Below are positions 29,875 through 46,680 of a stretch of 64,000 nucleotides of DNA, in pieces. The notes under the pieces are model-generated. The model did no database searches. It saw only the letters and a list, made by a program, of their open reading frames with translations, and was not told where the DNA came from. This stretch comes from the human T2T-CHM13v2.0 reference genome, Homo sapiens. The stretch lies in NCBI RefSeq assembly GCF_009914755.1, contig NC_060929.1; one strand, 5' to 3'. Position 1 is the stretch's first letter; each line of letters opens with the position of its first letter. The position numbers and the translations under genes are program-made.

Positions 29875-31412
29875 TGTCTTACAGGCCCAATCATGCCATC
29901 ACATCACGCTACCACCAAGAAGCTGGACTGGCTAAGCAGTACACAATCACCTGGTCAGCTGCATTCCAGTGAAACCTTGCTCAAAGCAGAAAAATCCTGT
30001 ATTGCAGTAAAGCGTTGCTTAAGGCAGAAAAACCCTGTTGGGCTATGGTGTTGTGGTGTTTTTTGATGGCTCCTAAAGAGAGCACAACTTAGCTAGGTGG
30101 GAAGTTTTCCCTGAAGAGAGTGTAAATTTTCATGGTCAATCATTCTGAGTGAGCTCCAATATTGAGGCAGAAAATGAGGACCCAGGCCTTAGGTTGGGGT
30201 GAATGGGAATCTTCACTTTGGACTAGGGGTTTCTACTGGACTCTGAGTCAGACACATGCTGGGACTTTCCTGGTAAGGAAATGTCAGCCAGCCTCAAGCT
30301 GGACCAGTAAGAAATCTGAGGTTCTGTGTATTTTAACAGTAGCCATTTTTATAGCAATTGTAAGTTACTCTCTTTGTCGCACTTTCCTTCATGATGCCTG
30401 AACCTTTAATAGTTTAGTTAACATTTTATCCTGGTCTCAATTGTGCTATGGGGAGTAAGGGAGGAGGTCTACTTTTTTCAGGTGGAGAAGAGCAAGTGTC
30501 ACTCTTGCCTGAGATCAGAAAGGCAGTAGTGGTGGTGGTCATTCTTGGAGGAAAAGGGAGTTGAGACCATATGTTTAGTGGTCTCAGGAGGCCGGCCAAT
30601 GGCAGAGACAGCAGTGTGATGAGGAGGCCACCTGCTCCTGAGCATATGGGAGGCAGTACCCGGGAAAATCCTCAAAAGTTAAGAAGTCTAATTTCCAGTG
30701 ATTAGGCTGGTATGGGCTCAAGCTATGATAATTTTGGAATTAAAAGAAAACATGATCTTAATTTATAGTTACTAGCTGGTAAAATCTGGAACACTTGGAT
30801 TACAGAAATTATTGCAAAATATTTTTCAGATTTATAAAATACTTTTTCTTTAAGATGTAAAATGAAAGAAACCTCACAAGAAAATTTTAAAATCACAATC
30901 CAAAATATGATTCTCACAGATAAATATGTTTTTCACTTAAAAAAATTTTATCTTTGTAAACAATAACTAACTTGTATGGCAAATTACCACTTACCTGGAC
31001 ATATGGAAGGGAGGTAGATGATGGGAGGTTTTGTGGGGACCATTAGTAAGAAGTTACCTTAAAAAAATGCTTTTCTTGATGCCAAGAACATATTAATGAG
31101 ACAGAGGAAATTATATTTTTGGCTTTTTAATGATGCATTTGGCTTCTCTCTTTAAAGACTACTCTCCTAAAATTAAAACATTAAATTTGGGGGGAAAATG
31201 TATACTTTCAAAAAATGCAGGGCATTGTCTTTTGGTTAATTATTTATAGCAGCTTAAAGTCACTTCCCTTGCCAAGTAAATTGAAGAATTAGATTGAGGG
31301 GGAAAAAAAAAAAAAACCTTTGTCTCCCTGTTCAGAAAAAGAATGTATGTCTGGTGCCTTTCAATGAAGTTAGGTTTTAAATGATATTCTTTAATATCAT
31401 TTAAAATATTTA

Positions 31413-31698
<286 letters not shown>

Positions 31699-32022
31699 TT
31701 TTTTTAAAGCTTTTTTTAAACAAAACTCCTGACGTTTTATTTATTCATTTCTAACATTTATGAAATAGAAGACTTGACAGATTTTTCCATGTGTATGGTC
31801 CTTTTGCTTTGCTAAGAGTTCTTAAATGAAAGTAAGGATTAGTTTCAGTATAATGTATGATAAGAAAAGAATATTTACTTCTATGAAATCTTTAAGAATA
31901 AAGACATTCATTGGGCACTCAGTACATTACACTCTTTTGTAGTACCCTGATATGCACATTTTATATTCAGAGCCATCTTTAGTATCCTATATAACAGAAC
32001 AATTTGGTGATATATAAAATAA

Positions 32023-32433
<411 letters not shown>

Positions 32434-32970
32434 GAAAAGTCATTGAATCTTTTAAATGTGCTTTTAAATCATTCTTAAGTGATCCCAGCTCTCAACATGT
32501 CAAAAATAGGACTATCATATGTGGAAGGGCATATGGAGACATTTTTCCTTCTCAGAAAATGGAGTAACAACGGTTAATTTGGAATTTTAAGTTCTTAAGT
32601 TCTTAATATACATTTTCTCTTGAGAATCAGTATTACTTTCTTGCTTTCATTCACAAGCATAGTCCAGGGCTTCCTCTTGTTAATGTATATATATTTATAG
32701 AACATAATGAAGCCATGCCCGATTAGCCCTGGGCACTTGCAGGGCCTGGTCAGAATGGTAAACAACAGGATGTGGGGGACCTAACTCCTCAAGAATGCCA
32801 ACACCCTTCTATCTAGAGGGAAAAATAAGCAACCTGTGTGCACTACTAAAAATAAATTAATTTTATTTAAAATCTATTATTTGATCTACAAAAATGGCAC
32901 AAAAAATTAAATATTTCTCCTAATATAGGATGTATTAAAATGTTTCTTTAGTGCTTCTTAAATGTATATC

Positions 32971-33278
32971 TTTTCTTTTTTCTTTCTTTTTTTTTTTTTT
33001 GAGACAGAGTCTCGCTCTGTCGCCCAGGCTGGAGTGCAGTGGCAATCTCGGCTCACTGCAGCCTCTGCCTCCAGGGCTCAAGTGATTCTCCTGTCTCAGC
33101 TTCCTGAGTAGCTGGGATTATAGGTGTGTGCCACCACGCCCGGCTAAGTTTTGTATTTTTAGTAGAGATAGGGTTTCACCATGTTGGTAAGGCTGGTCTC
33201 GAACTCCTGACCTCATGATTTGCCCGCCTCAGCCTCCCAAAGTGCTGAGATTACAGGCGTGAGCCACCATGCCCAGCC
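32971..33278 (-). mobile_element. Alu SINE, AluSg-like
   Basis: TSD aaatgt(a/g)tatcttttc. Confidence 0.95.
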
Positions 33279-34671
33279 AAATGTGTATCTTTTCAAAGTA
33301 CAATAGTATCCTCATAAATAGAAATAGCTTGTGAGGAATATCAGCGGATACCAGCCGAAAGAACTTCAATGCATAAAAATGAAGTGTGTTCAGACTAGAG
33401 ACCTTTCTATTATTAATGAAATGGAGCACCATGAGGAAATGCAAGGAGACAGGAGTAATAGCAAAGTCATAAATTAAATAGTGACTTAAAAGCAAGAGTT
33501 CCTTACTTCCCCAGCACATGATACCTACCTACTAAAGTTTATTCAGTGGAATATAATGAAACAGTACTATTGCTTCAAAGGAATAAAATCATTCAACGTA
33601 TAGAAAAATTATTTCAATATCAGGGATATTAGGGTAAGTGAGATCAAGCACCTACTGCTGTTCTTTTAATAGCTTGTGCACCAAAAAAGACTCATGTCTT
33701 TCTTGGCTCCACACACACACAGCCTTTTATGAACCTTTATATAATGTATATTTTCCTTTCATCAAAACAAAAATTAAAGTTTATCATGAAGTTCGAAGTT
33801 TATCATGTCTGAACTTGCTACACTAGAGTTGAGCTTTGCAATGTGATAACATTATACAAATATTCATACTAAAATAGAAGTCTCAGAATATAGAGAAGGC
33901 TAATTCATCATCGCCCAAAACTGCAATAACTGTGTACAGCTTTGGATCCATCTCTGTGATGCCCTTGGTACTCCTGTAATAGCCCCTTTGAAAAACTCCC
34001 AATTAAGGTAAAGCAGTTCTTCTTATGTCTCTGTAACAAAAAGGAAAAGGAACTTTTGAAAAGAAAGTTCATTTGTAGGGCCCATTAATCTTCATTTAAG
34101 TACCTCTAGTAAAACACATGTATCATATTTATTTCTGATTCTTCAGCCCCTAAATAGCATGAAGTCCATTACTCAATTGGTTCTCATAAAAGCTTACTGA
34201 ATAGAAAAATAAATGAAGTAAGTACAATTGTAGAATATCTACACTGTATCTATATATATAGATATAATGTAAAGCTAAACACAGTACCAAACACTTGGTG
34301 AATGATCCACCAGAATAATGAGTCAAATAACCAAAAGCAACAAGGTGTGATTTCTTTTATTCCCTTGGAGTCTATAAAGGATTTTTGTAGCTCAGCTAAT
34401 ATGTATAGCTAGAATTCTTTACTTGGTGTGGAAATGATCACTTTCAGATAATAATGGCAAACAGTTTTTCTTGGCAAATTATCAAGAAACAAAAACTATA
34501 GGACAGGCATAGTTAATATTGGGGTAAAATAATTTTAAAAAAATACCGTTTCACTGTGAATTACCAACTGATCAATGTACCTTTTGAGCACCCGTAGTGG
34601 TATACGAGTAGTTTGACCTCTCCTATTTTCACTGATCCTTCTGCCAAATTATCACTTCAGTCTTTGGAACT

Positions 34672-34673
<2 letters not shown>

Positions 34674-34706
<33 letters not shown>

Positions 34707-34987
34707 AGACAGGGTCTCACTTTGTCACCCAGGTTAGAGTGCAGTGGCACAATGAGGCTCACTGCTGCCTCCACTTCCCTGAGCTCAGGTGATCATCCTA
34801 CCTCAGCCTCCCAAGTACCTGGGACTACAGGCACGTGCCACCACAACCAGCTAATTTTTGTATTTTTTGTAGAGACAGGACTTGTTCCCCTTGCCCAGGC
34901 TGGTCTCAAACTTCTGGACTCAAGCGATCCACCTGCCTTTGCCTCCCAAAGTGCTGGGATTACACATGTGAGCCACTGTGCCTGGCC
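34674..34987 (-). mobile_element. Alu SINE, AluJb-like
   Basis: TSD tggaact(c/a)ctttt. Confidence 0.95.
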
Positions 34988-35169
34988 TGGAACTACTTTT
35001 CAAGCTATTAGATACCTACAAACATAAAACTGCTTTCTTGCATATATACAACCACACTTGCACCCCTATCTCCACTACCTACCTCCCAACCCCAAACACA
35101 TACTCTTCAGGAAAAATACAGTACTACTACTACTACTAATAATAATAATAATAAAATATTGATAGCAAG

Positions 35170-35687
35170 CGAATAAATGGCACACAATATATTTGAAGAG
35201 GCTTTATTTGCAAAGAAATTATGTGAAAAGGAGTGCATGGAGCATATATTGGAGCCATGAAACATCATTAAGAACCCAGAGCTATTAGGATTGATTCCCT
35301 TATGAAAAATAAAATGAAATTAAAAAGAACCCAGAGCTATTAGCTGCTAGCCATCTACCACTACCGCCATAGGCTTCGGAAGATTTGGAAGTTGATAGAA
35401 GAGGAGAGTGTATCACAGCAAGCTACTTTAAGAGGAAGGACTAAAGACTTTCTGTGGAGTGAACATAGCCAGCCTGAGAAAACTTCACACGGAAGTAAAT
35501 ATCATATCTTCTCTCTATTCCTTCCCTGCCATCTACTACTAGGGCTTTCCACTGGCAAAACCCAACCAGAAGACCGGGGGGCTAGAGACTATTGATATAA
35601 TGGAAACAAGTCAACCCCGGGAGGAAAAAGGCAGGATAGAGAAGGATAGCAAGAGGATTTGTAGAAGAAAAGAAAAGTCATCTGACA
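35170..35687 (-). mobile_element. ERVL LTR, LTR33-like
   Basis: ccactggcaaaacccaaccagaag...gtcaaccccggga...gcaggatagagaaggatag...aggatttg resembles reverse LTR33 5' part. Confidence 0.6.
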
Positions 35688-35834
35688 TGGCAACATTGGA
35701 AGGAGCCTGAGCAGAGCAGAAAAAGTCACTGATTTGCAGCAATGAATGTTTCATAGATGGCTCTTATCTCCCTGTGGCAGAAGGCTTTGAGTGTGAAAGA
35801 CCCTGGAAATAATGGGATTCTGCTCCCAGGGAAC

Positions 35835-36115
35835 TCAACAAATACTCATTGATCAGCAGCTACGATGTGTCAATAACTATTCTAAACAGTAGGGATTTGA
35901 ACATGAATAAACCATGGACACTGTCCTGAGGAAGGTCATAGCCCAGGAAGAGAATCAGGCCCATAAACAGACAATTACAACACAATATAAAAAGTCCCAT
36001 CAATGAAAATATGAACTCCTTAAGGGCATGGACTGAATCATATGCTTTTTTGTATCACCAGAATGTAGCAAAATGCCTGCCACATAGTAAGGACCAAATA
36101 AATGTTAAATAAATG
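35835..36115. mobile_element. Two L2 3'-end fragments (minus ~35835-36000, plus ~36010-36115)
   Basis: caacaaatactcattga...atgtgtca; aactccttaagggcatggac...tgcctgccacatagtaagga..aaataaatgtt. Confidence 0.6.
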
Positions 36116-36449
36116 AGAGGTATAGGGATTGTTCACATAGGTAAGCTCGGAAGAGCTAGGTCTGCTCTCTGATGAATAAGTCTTCAGCATATTTGTGAAA
36201 TGGGCAAAATTTACAGCTCACAGGTATCTTTTTACACCTCCATTTAAAATATTTTTCATTGCTTGTTCTCTAAAAATATTTAGGGTTTCCTTTTATTGCA
36301 TATGTGCTCAGTGAAGTACTCCATCAAACTTATATGGACTGCCTTCTTTCCACTGTCATTTAAGACTTATGCCATGTACTTAGGTCCCTACTTGCACTAT
36401 ATATACACATATACACTTTTAAATATGCATGTGTGTTTTTAAATTATTC

Positions 36450-38080
<1,631 letters not shown>

Positions 38081-38814
38081 GATAGCTAGTAAAATAATTT
38101 TTTAAAGATTGTAGTCAGTGCAGTCACCTTAATCTTATAAAACAGGAGCCATGAAAAATGAATTAACATATATTTTTCTAGAAGACATTTTTACTCCCAG
38201 GTAGTTCACCATTTTTATATTATTTCTCTTCACTCTACCTACTTTTAATGTAGGATTACCATGCATACTGGTCATTGTTTGAGATTTACTTTTCTTTCAT
38301 AATTTATTTTCTATTCAATCCCTTTTCTTCTTCCTACTTGGTACATCTCAATATTAGGCCTTCATTTTAAATAAACTAACCACAATTATAGATTATTAAC
38401 TAAATCCAACATTTTGTCCCATCATACTTTCATCTAAAACTGGTGAGAACTCATTTACAATGTAAGCTATTATATTTGTAACACAGAACAATAATTTTTA
38501 AATCTTAAGATGTTTCAGATATTCAAGCAGACACGATTGTAATGGGACTTGCTGGCAGTAATGTTAAAGTCTACCAAAGTAGAACTGCATTCTAAATGAT
38601 TTTTTTTTTAATAACAGCAAACTAAATTTGTCCCCTGCAGTTAGGCAGATTAGGGTATTATAAAAACAAAAAGAAAAGTGACACTTTTACAAATGGAGTG
38701 TTGTGGGGGGCGGGGGGCAGTGAAGTGGGACCACCTCCAGTTAATTTTGAGGAACACATAAACTGTTAACCTCTCCCCACTGCAAATTTTGAAAAACACT
38801 TGTTTTGTAATAAT

Positions 38815-39045
38815 AATAAGAATGTGATCGTTTATTATTATCATCACAACATTGTTTGGGCATCTTACGTGGTCACCAATCCTACTAACCATCTTCTCAG
38901 GTCTATATTAGTATACCTCTATTACAGTGGAAGAAACTGAGACTCAGGAAGATTAAGCATGTGGTTCAAAGCTGCACAGCCTGGATTCAAATCCTATGTC
39001 TGTCTTATAACAAAGCCTGTGCTCTTTTGATTCTACTACCTTGCA
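38815..39045 (-). mobile_element. MIR SINE
   Basis: ttacagtggaagaaactgagactcaggaagattaag...caaagctgcacagc..ggattcaaatcc. Confidence 0.75.
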
Positions 39046-40108
39046 TTTACAGACTGATCGCATTACACAGATTGATAGGGAATGAAGGGGAGAAATGGTA
39101 GGGGCAGGAGAGTATGCAGTGTGGCAACAGTAAAGGGAGAATAAATACTCATTTAAGCTGTGGTGGTTATTCTTATTCTATGCTTTCAGTAGTAAATGTG
39201 CACTACAGGAATTTATATCAACAACTTAAATTTACAAAGACATACCTCTTGCCGTTTGCTGCATACCAATGTGTACTAGGATGATTCATGGATTCAGAGG
39301 ATATTAAAACTAGAAGAAACAATAGAGATCATCTAATGGAATCTTTTCCTTCCCTCTACACATAAAAAAGAGGAATAAGAGAATATTGTCAAGTGTTCCT
39401 TCAGCTATAAGTTCAACTGCTATTGCATTTATGATAGCAAAAAAAAATTGAGTGTGAATTTAATTTTGTCTGAAAACCCCTAAAATGGCATACATATCTA
39501 TACACCAAGTATAGTAAATACCTCATATATTCAAGTAAATATGTTACAGTGGAAGAAGGGGCAAGACACTGAACTGGAAATGGAAGCACAGGGCTTTGGT
39601 TTCACTCAGGTTTCTAACAAGTTTTGTGACTTGGATTACTTCAACTGTCTTGTGAGTAAATAGAAGTAATTGGACTAAGTTCCCTTCTCTTGGGCTCTCC
39701 AAAGGGGAATAACTTGCAAGTTCTAGTATTGAGGATGCAGCTCCTTTGCTAACAGACAAGAGTGTGTTTGCTTTCCCAAACTAAAAGTAAATCCACAGGT
39801 ATATACTATATCTCCCCAATGTTCTGGTTTAGATAATGAATAGAAAACAGCAATTCCAGGTATAGTGTGAACAATGTGAGGTTATCCACGGTCTTTTTAG
39901 ACATTTGCACCCTAGTTAAGATACTGTAAACTTAACCGAGTAGAAAAGAAATCAGAGTGAGCAGGGAACTGATGCTCTAGGATCTTAGGTAATTGACAAT
40001 CAATACAGCCACAGAAGAATCAGAAACATTGATTTATTTAAGTAAAAGAAAGTATAGCTACACAATATTTGCCCTATGTTCTCGATCAGGTTTTTAAAAA
40101 CTAAATTT

Positions 40109-40419
<311 letters not shown>

Positions 40420-40601
40420 AAACTAAATTTATTGTTTTACTGCCATATTTGGTTCTATTGATTTATAAATAAGTGATATAACTTATTAATATATGGCATC
40501 TACTTTTTATGTAATTCAGGTAAATCTGAAAGTGGTTTAATAGCTACTAAAACACTTGACTCATGTAGTACCTGTGGGATGATGGCATTAGCTACATTTT
40601 C

Positions 40602-40892
40602 TTTTTTTTTTTTGAGACGGAGTCTCGCTCTGTTGTTCAGGCTGGAGTGCAGTGGCGTGATCTTGGCTCACTGCAAGCTCCACCTCCTGGGTTCAAGCAA
40701 TTCTCTGCCTCAGCCTCCAGAGCAGCTGGGATTACAGGCACCCGCCACCACGCCCAGCTAATTTTTGTATTTTTAGTAGAGACGGGGTTTCACCATCTTG
40801 GCTGGGATGGTCTTGAACTCCTGACCTTGTGATCCACCCACCTTGGGCTCCCAAAGTGCTGGGATTACAGGCGTGAGCCACTGCACCCAGCC
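40602..40892 (-). mobile_element. Alu SINE, AluS-like
   Basis: TSD tacattttc 40593-40601 and 40895-40903. Confidence 0.95.
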
Positions 40893-42996
40893 TATACATT
40901 TTCAAAGTCTTTTAAAAAATGGCCTCAATATAAAAATATGATGTTATTTTTGTAGTAGCATCACAAGCGGCAGGCACTGCTGGAATCTGGAAACCGAATC
41001 TGCAAATCTATGACAGTCATATTTTTTTTTTACTACCCCCACTCACCAATTTGGTGATATTCCTTATACTTTTTCATTCACATATGCTTCATTCTTTGAC
41101 TCAAATGACATAGTAACACAGCTGACAAGAAAAAAATTAACAATGGCTTTGTCTGCTGAGTAGTGATATAGCTTATTTTGAGGGGGAAAAAACTAGTGCT
41201 ATTTTAGGACCCATTTACTCTAGGGCACTGCATTTTTCCATTATTTGGAAATTCTGTTCAAGTTTAAGTACTTCTTCACAGTGTTTTTGTTTGCTAGTGT
41301 GTGTATGTGTGCCATACTTTCAAGCATGTTAACCATAACTAGAAGTCACATGAACTCCTTTATCCACCTTATCAGATTTATTGGTAATTATTCATCCCTC
41401 TGGCTAAGAAATATTGGAAGGGCTTAATTTTCAGAATTTGAAATTGGTGTTTAGATTGAATCTCTGGAAATAAAGTCAAGCTCTGACAAATCTCTCTTTG
41501 TCAAATAAATATGAGCAAGTTAAAATATGGATGTGGCTGCATGTTTCATAGACAAAGCCCTCCTAGAAAGCCTTTTGATGTACCTACAGAGTTGGATAGC
41601 CTGGCAGTTCCATTGGCCATATTGCTATACTCTAATATATACGTATATTAATTTACTAAAACCTGAATATAATAATATATACTAACAGCAAACCAGGCAA
41701 TGTTGGAAATGTCACTGGGTGTAAACATAAGGTATAGAAGCCAGAAATAAAAGAAGAGAAGGAAACAAAAAATAGAGGGCAAAGATAAAGGTATAGTAGA
41801 GACCAAAAAAGCAGGTGTAAGGGTAGCAAAGAGTACCAAAAAGAAATTTAAAATAAGATGCAGAATGGTAGTGAGAAGTATAATGTCCATTGTCACTACT
41901 TAGTAGTGTGACTTATTATTTCATTCTTAAAATTGACCTGCAGTTTTTTATCATAAAAGAAACTCATATTTATTACATATGGCATATTTAGAAAAATGGA
42001 CTTTTGACAGGCTTTAAAGCTTCAAAAAAATGTTGGCATTATCACCCCCATTGAAGGTTAAAAAAAATAGACACATGTAGCATTAAAATATTTCCACAGT
42101 CATTCAAAAACTTTTCACAAGTCTATTCCCTGGCTCAACACAACAATGTCTTACATTGAGCAACTGTTAACATCCTTTAAAGGTAGCAATAAATAAAATA
42201 TTTGTAAAACAAATAATATTGTAAATATATATAAATGAATATGTAAGTGAAACATATTCATTAAAATATTTTATTAAAATAAAGACTCACTTTGAAAAGT
42301 GAATAATTCCTAGATTATATTTTTAAAATACATATCTAGTGCTCATTTACTGCATTTTCTGAGTATGGTAAATCTAGGTCTTTGCTGAAATACTATATTT
42401 TTCATTTATTTTATTTATAGTATGTTCCAAAGCTACTTAGTTTTTAAATTAACCTATCCCACAAGTAGGCTCAACTAATACATTCTATTTTCCCGCATAT
42501 GGATTAATATGTTCTAGTCCCCATTCTGTGTGTCTTTAGACCCATGAATAGTGTTCAGGGCAATATGAAAACAAACCCTTAATTAAACATAAAAATATTC
42601 TAGAGAACTACTCAGAATAGTACTGACAGATGTTCAACAGAATACTGTTTTTCTAGTAATTGAAAAGCAATTAATAGAAAAGAGAAACATGTACTTCTTG
42701 TCTCTTTTGTGCTGTAACTTGTAGCAATTTTATTGCCAAGGCTTTGTTTGTATTCTTTCATTGTTGGGGTTTACAAAGATGTTCACTCTATAATTGAAAA
42801 ATGAAGATACATCTTCTCTTTTCTCCTAGAATTTCCATTTATGTCACTAGGCTTTTTAGATCATTTCTTGTTAATACCTTGGATGAACGAAATACAAAAG
42901 CTTTGAATTTTGTTGCTTACCAAAACATACATGATAGAACAGCATCTCTGCTGAGATTTTTGTATGTTGCTGAGATTTAAAAATATATATTCTTTT

Positions 42997-43290
42997 GGTT
43001 GGGCACGGTGGCTGATACTTGTAATCCCAGCACTTTGGAAGGCTGAAGCGGGCGGATCACTTGAGGTCAGGAGTTCAAGACCTGCCTGGCCACCATGGTG
43101 AAACCCAGCCTCTACTAAAAATACAAAAATTAGCTGGGAGTGGTGGCACGTGCCTGTAATCCCAGCTACTAGGGAGGCTGAAACAGGAGAATCGCTTGAA
43201 GGAGGCAGAGGTTGCAGTGAGCCGAGATCACGCCACTGCACTTCAGCCTGGGTGACAGAGCAAGACTGTCTCAAAAAATATTAATAATAA
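42997..43290 (+). mobile_element. Alu SINE, AluSx-like
   Basis: Full dimer. Confidence 0.95.
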
Positions 43291-44535
43291 ATAATTATAT
43301 ATATATGTACTTTTGATTTTTATGGCTTGTACCTTCTAGTCAAATGCAGAAAATACTTGATTATATGGTAAATTTTATGGATTGAAATTTGAATAAGATC
43401 ATTTGCCTCCAAAACCCAGAATGCATTTTTTAATAGAAGAAAATAGAACCTGCAATTTCCAAAATAGGGAACTGGAAGGAAACATACCTGCCTATTTTCT
43501 CTTCACTCTAAAGGCATTTAGCATTTTTATGTTAGCCCACTACTCCCCTAGGCATGTCACTAAGTCTAGACCTGCCCTATTGATCAGTTTTTCACCTTTA
43601 GGAATTTAATTATGTTATTCCCCTAAATGGATCTTAAAAAGAGTTTGTTTGAGGTTTTTAGTAAGGAAACCCAGATCCCCCCATTTCTAGGGAACCCTCT
43701 TCTATCTAGGAAGCTTGTCTTTCCTGTTTGGGTGTGCAGCTTAGAGAGGAAATCACAGGAAGTAGTAAGGTAGGAGGGGATAGTAGCAAAGTTAATTATC
43801 AGTTTGTAGATAATCACTTTACATTTTTATTCTTTATTCAATTAGCGCCACTTTTAGTATTAAAAATATAAAACTTGCAAGCATAAATGCATGGAAAAGA
43901 GTGAAAATAGTTTTGGGCAGAGAATCTTTAGGAATTTATCTTATTACACCATGTGAAAAGCTGCTTCTAGCCTTCCACCTCTACACTGTCATAACAGACA
44001 TCCAGATGAGGAATCAGGAAGAGAATAGAGCTACCGTTGCTGTTGCTGAGAGAATGCATAACGAAATTGATTTTCTTGTCTCTGTGAAATTTCACAAAGG
44101 CTATACGTTGAGACTTTGCGGCCAACTTTATATCTGTAAACTTGTGCAGTGAGTGTAACCTGACACTATATAAATAGGTGGGTAACCTGGCTTATTTAAG
44201 TTTGTGGCGTGTGAGTTCAAGTAAATTCTTTTGTCTTTGGCCAGAATAATTCTCTTTTTCCATCAATAAGTAGTCATTCATAAACGTGAATAAGACATGA
44301 TCCCTGACACTGAATACTTAACAATTTCATGGGGAAGACAAACACGTAAATCAAATCAGGCAGATAATCTATCTTGAGTCTGGATCAAATAACTGGAGGG
44401 AAAAAAAAGGCACTGTGGTATCACCAATGTGGTACTTTGGGCTCTTTCAGATCATTCCAAGGGCATGATAGTTACCCTGTTGATGACCAGCAGTCTATAC
44501 TGTGGCTAAAAATATAAGCCTCATCGAGTTTCTGA

Positions 44536-45003
<468 letters not shown>

Positions 45004-46249
45004 AAACCTCTCATTTGTTATTAAGTTTTATTCTCCTTAAGTTCCTACTTTGGGTTTGAGTTTTAATTCCTAAAACTTTCTTCTGGTTCTTCTTTCAAAC
45101 ACACCTTATGGTCCTTCATTCTTGTATCTGACCTTAATCCTAGAATTCCAGCCCAAGCCAGATGATCAAGATCCCTTCTCACTCCAGAGAGCAGTTCAGG
45201 AAATCATGGAATAGTTCATTACATCACCATATAGCCAAAATCATTTCATATTTCTGTGGTAAATAAGTAAAAAGTAACAATAATTTTTTAAAACTAAATT
45301 TATAATCTCAGAGATATTTCTATGACATTGGCAAAACCAGGAAAAATTCAAAGGCTAAAAAAATATTTTGCAGTGTCCTGTATTGTTAGTATTCCCCTGA
45401 AAGTTTTTTTATTTTTTTGGTTGGGGAGACCCTACCTGGACAGTTTGTAATAGGAATCTTTTTTAATCATCAGACCATACTCTAAATTAGTTAAGCCCTC
45501 TAAGTAATAAACAAAAACGTTTAAACAGAGTCACATGGCTTGAAAATACAACACTTAGAATTAGTTGCAAATGTTACACGTGAAATGTCAGAGGGTGATG
45601 ACATCCAGCAGCATAATTTAAGAGGAATAGTGAGTTCTTTGTGCATGGCAGCCCAGTTTCTCAATATCTATCCATTTGCCAAAAGAGCCCCGAGTGACCC
45701 AAGCAACCCTATAAAAAAAGAGCCTGTGACTCTCTCTTCAAAGCAACTGAGGTAACAAGACATGCACTGCTGCCACTCCTGATGAGACCTGAGACCTTGG
45801 ACCCTTGGGCAGAATTGCTCTTCTTCACCTGGCAGGATAAGGCAGAATAATTTCCCCTGGGGGCCTACAGGTTGCCTGCACAGTGATCCTCCTCCTTCTA
45901 CACTATCAGTCTGCCTAGTACTCTATCTGGAGTAGTCAGAAGCTATTTAATTCCCTTTCTGCTAGATTTTCTTCTCTACTGGGTTTAGGGTTAATTTTGT
46001 TCTAATCACATTATACACATATTTAAGAGAACTCTCTATGCACTCCTCTCTTTAATATATCTTGTCAAGGTAATTTATTAAGCCATTATTTGCTAACATT
46101 AAAGGAATAGGCTAAGTCTGTGCTTCTTCAATCAAAGCACATATACCCATGGTTTATGCATTAATGTAGTGGGTACTTAAAACCACAGAAGAAACATATC
46201 GCATCTACCAGTAAAATCTACAATTTCACTTGATGGTGAGGAATTTGCA

Positions 46250-46680
46250 AATCTACCCCACTATGACCTAGAAAGTACTATGTGATTTGTATCTCCTCTC
46301 CACTTTTTCTTCTCTGACCTCAACTGCTACTATTCAACCCCCTCACTCAAGATGTTCCCATCACGTTGGCCTCCTCATTATTCCTTAAATAACTCATGCT
46401 CCTTCCTCAGGTACTTCGCATTTACCGTTCATTCTGTTTGAAATGTTCTCACAGATATTTACATGGCTTCCTACCTCACATCAAGCCTTTACTCAATTGT
46501 GATTTTCTCAATGAGAATTTTCCTGACCACCCTATCAAAATTGCACATCACTATCCTATATTTCCCACCCCTTTCATGTTTGATTTCTGTTTCCTTATTT
46601 ATATTTAAAGGACTATATGTTTTATTATGGCATGTTTGTTATCTGTATCTTCTTTGAAAATGTAAACTACATGAGAGCAG
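46250..46680 (+). mobile_element. L2 3' fragment
   Basis: gctccttcctcagg...ctgtttgaaatgttct...ttttcctgaccaccctatc...aatgtaaactacatgagagcag. Confidence 0.75.

Noticed and set aside
42234-42262. 11-bp-arm AT-rich inverted repeat
   Set aside because: Lies in extremely AT-rich sequence where such matches are plausible by chance.
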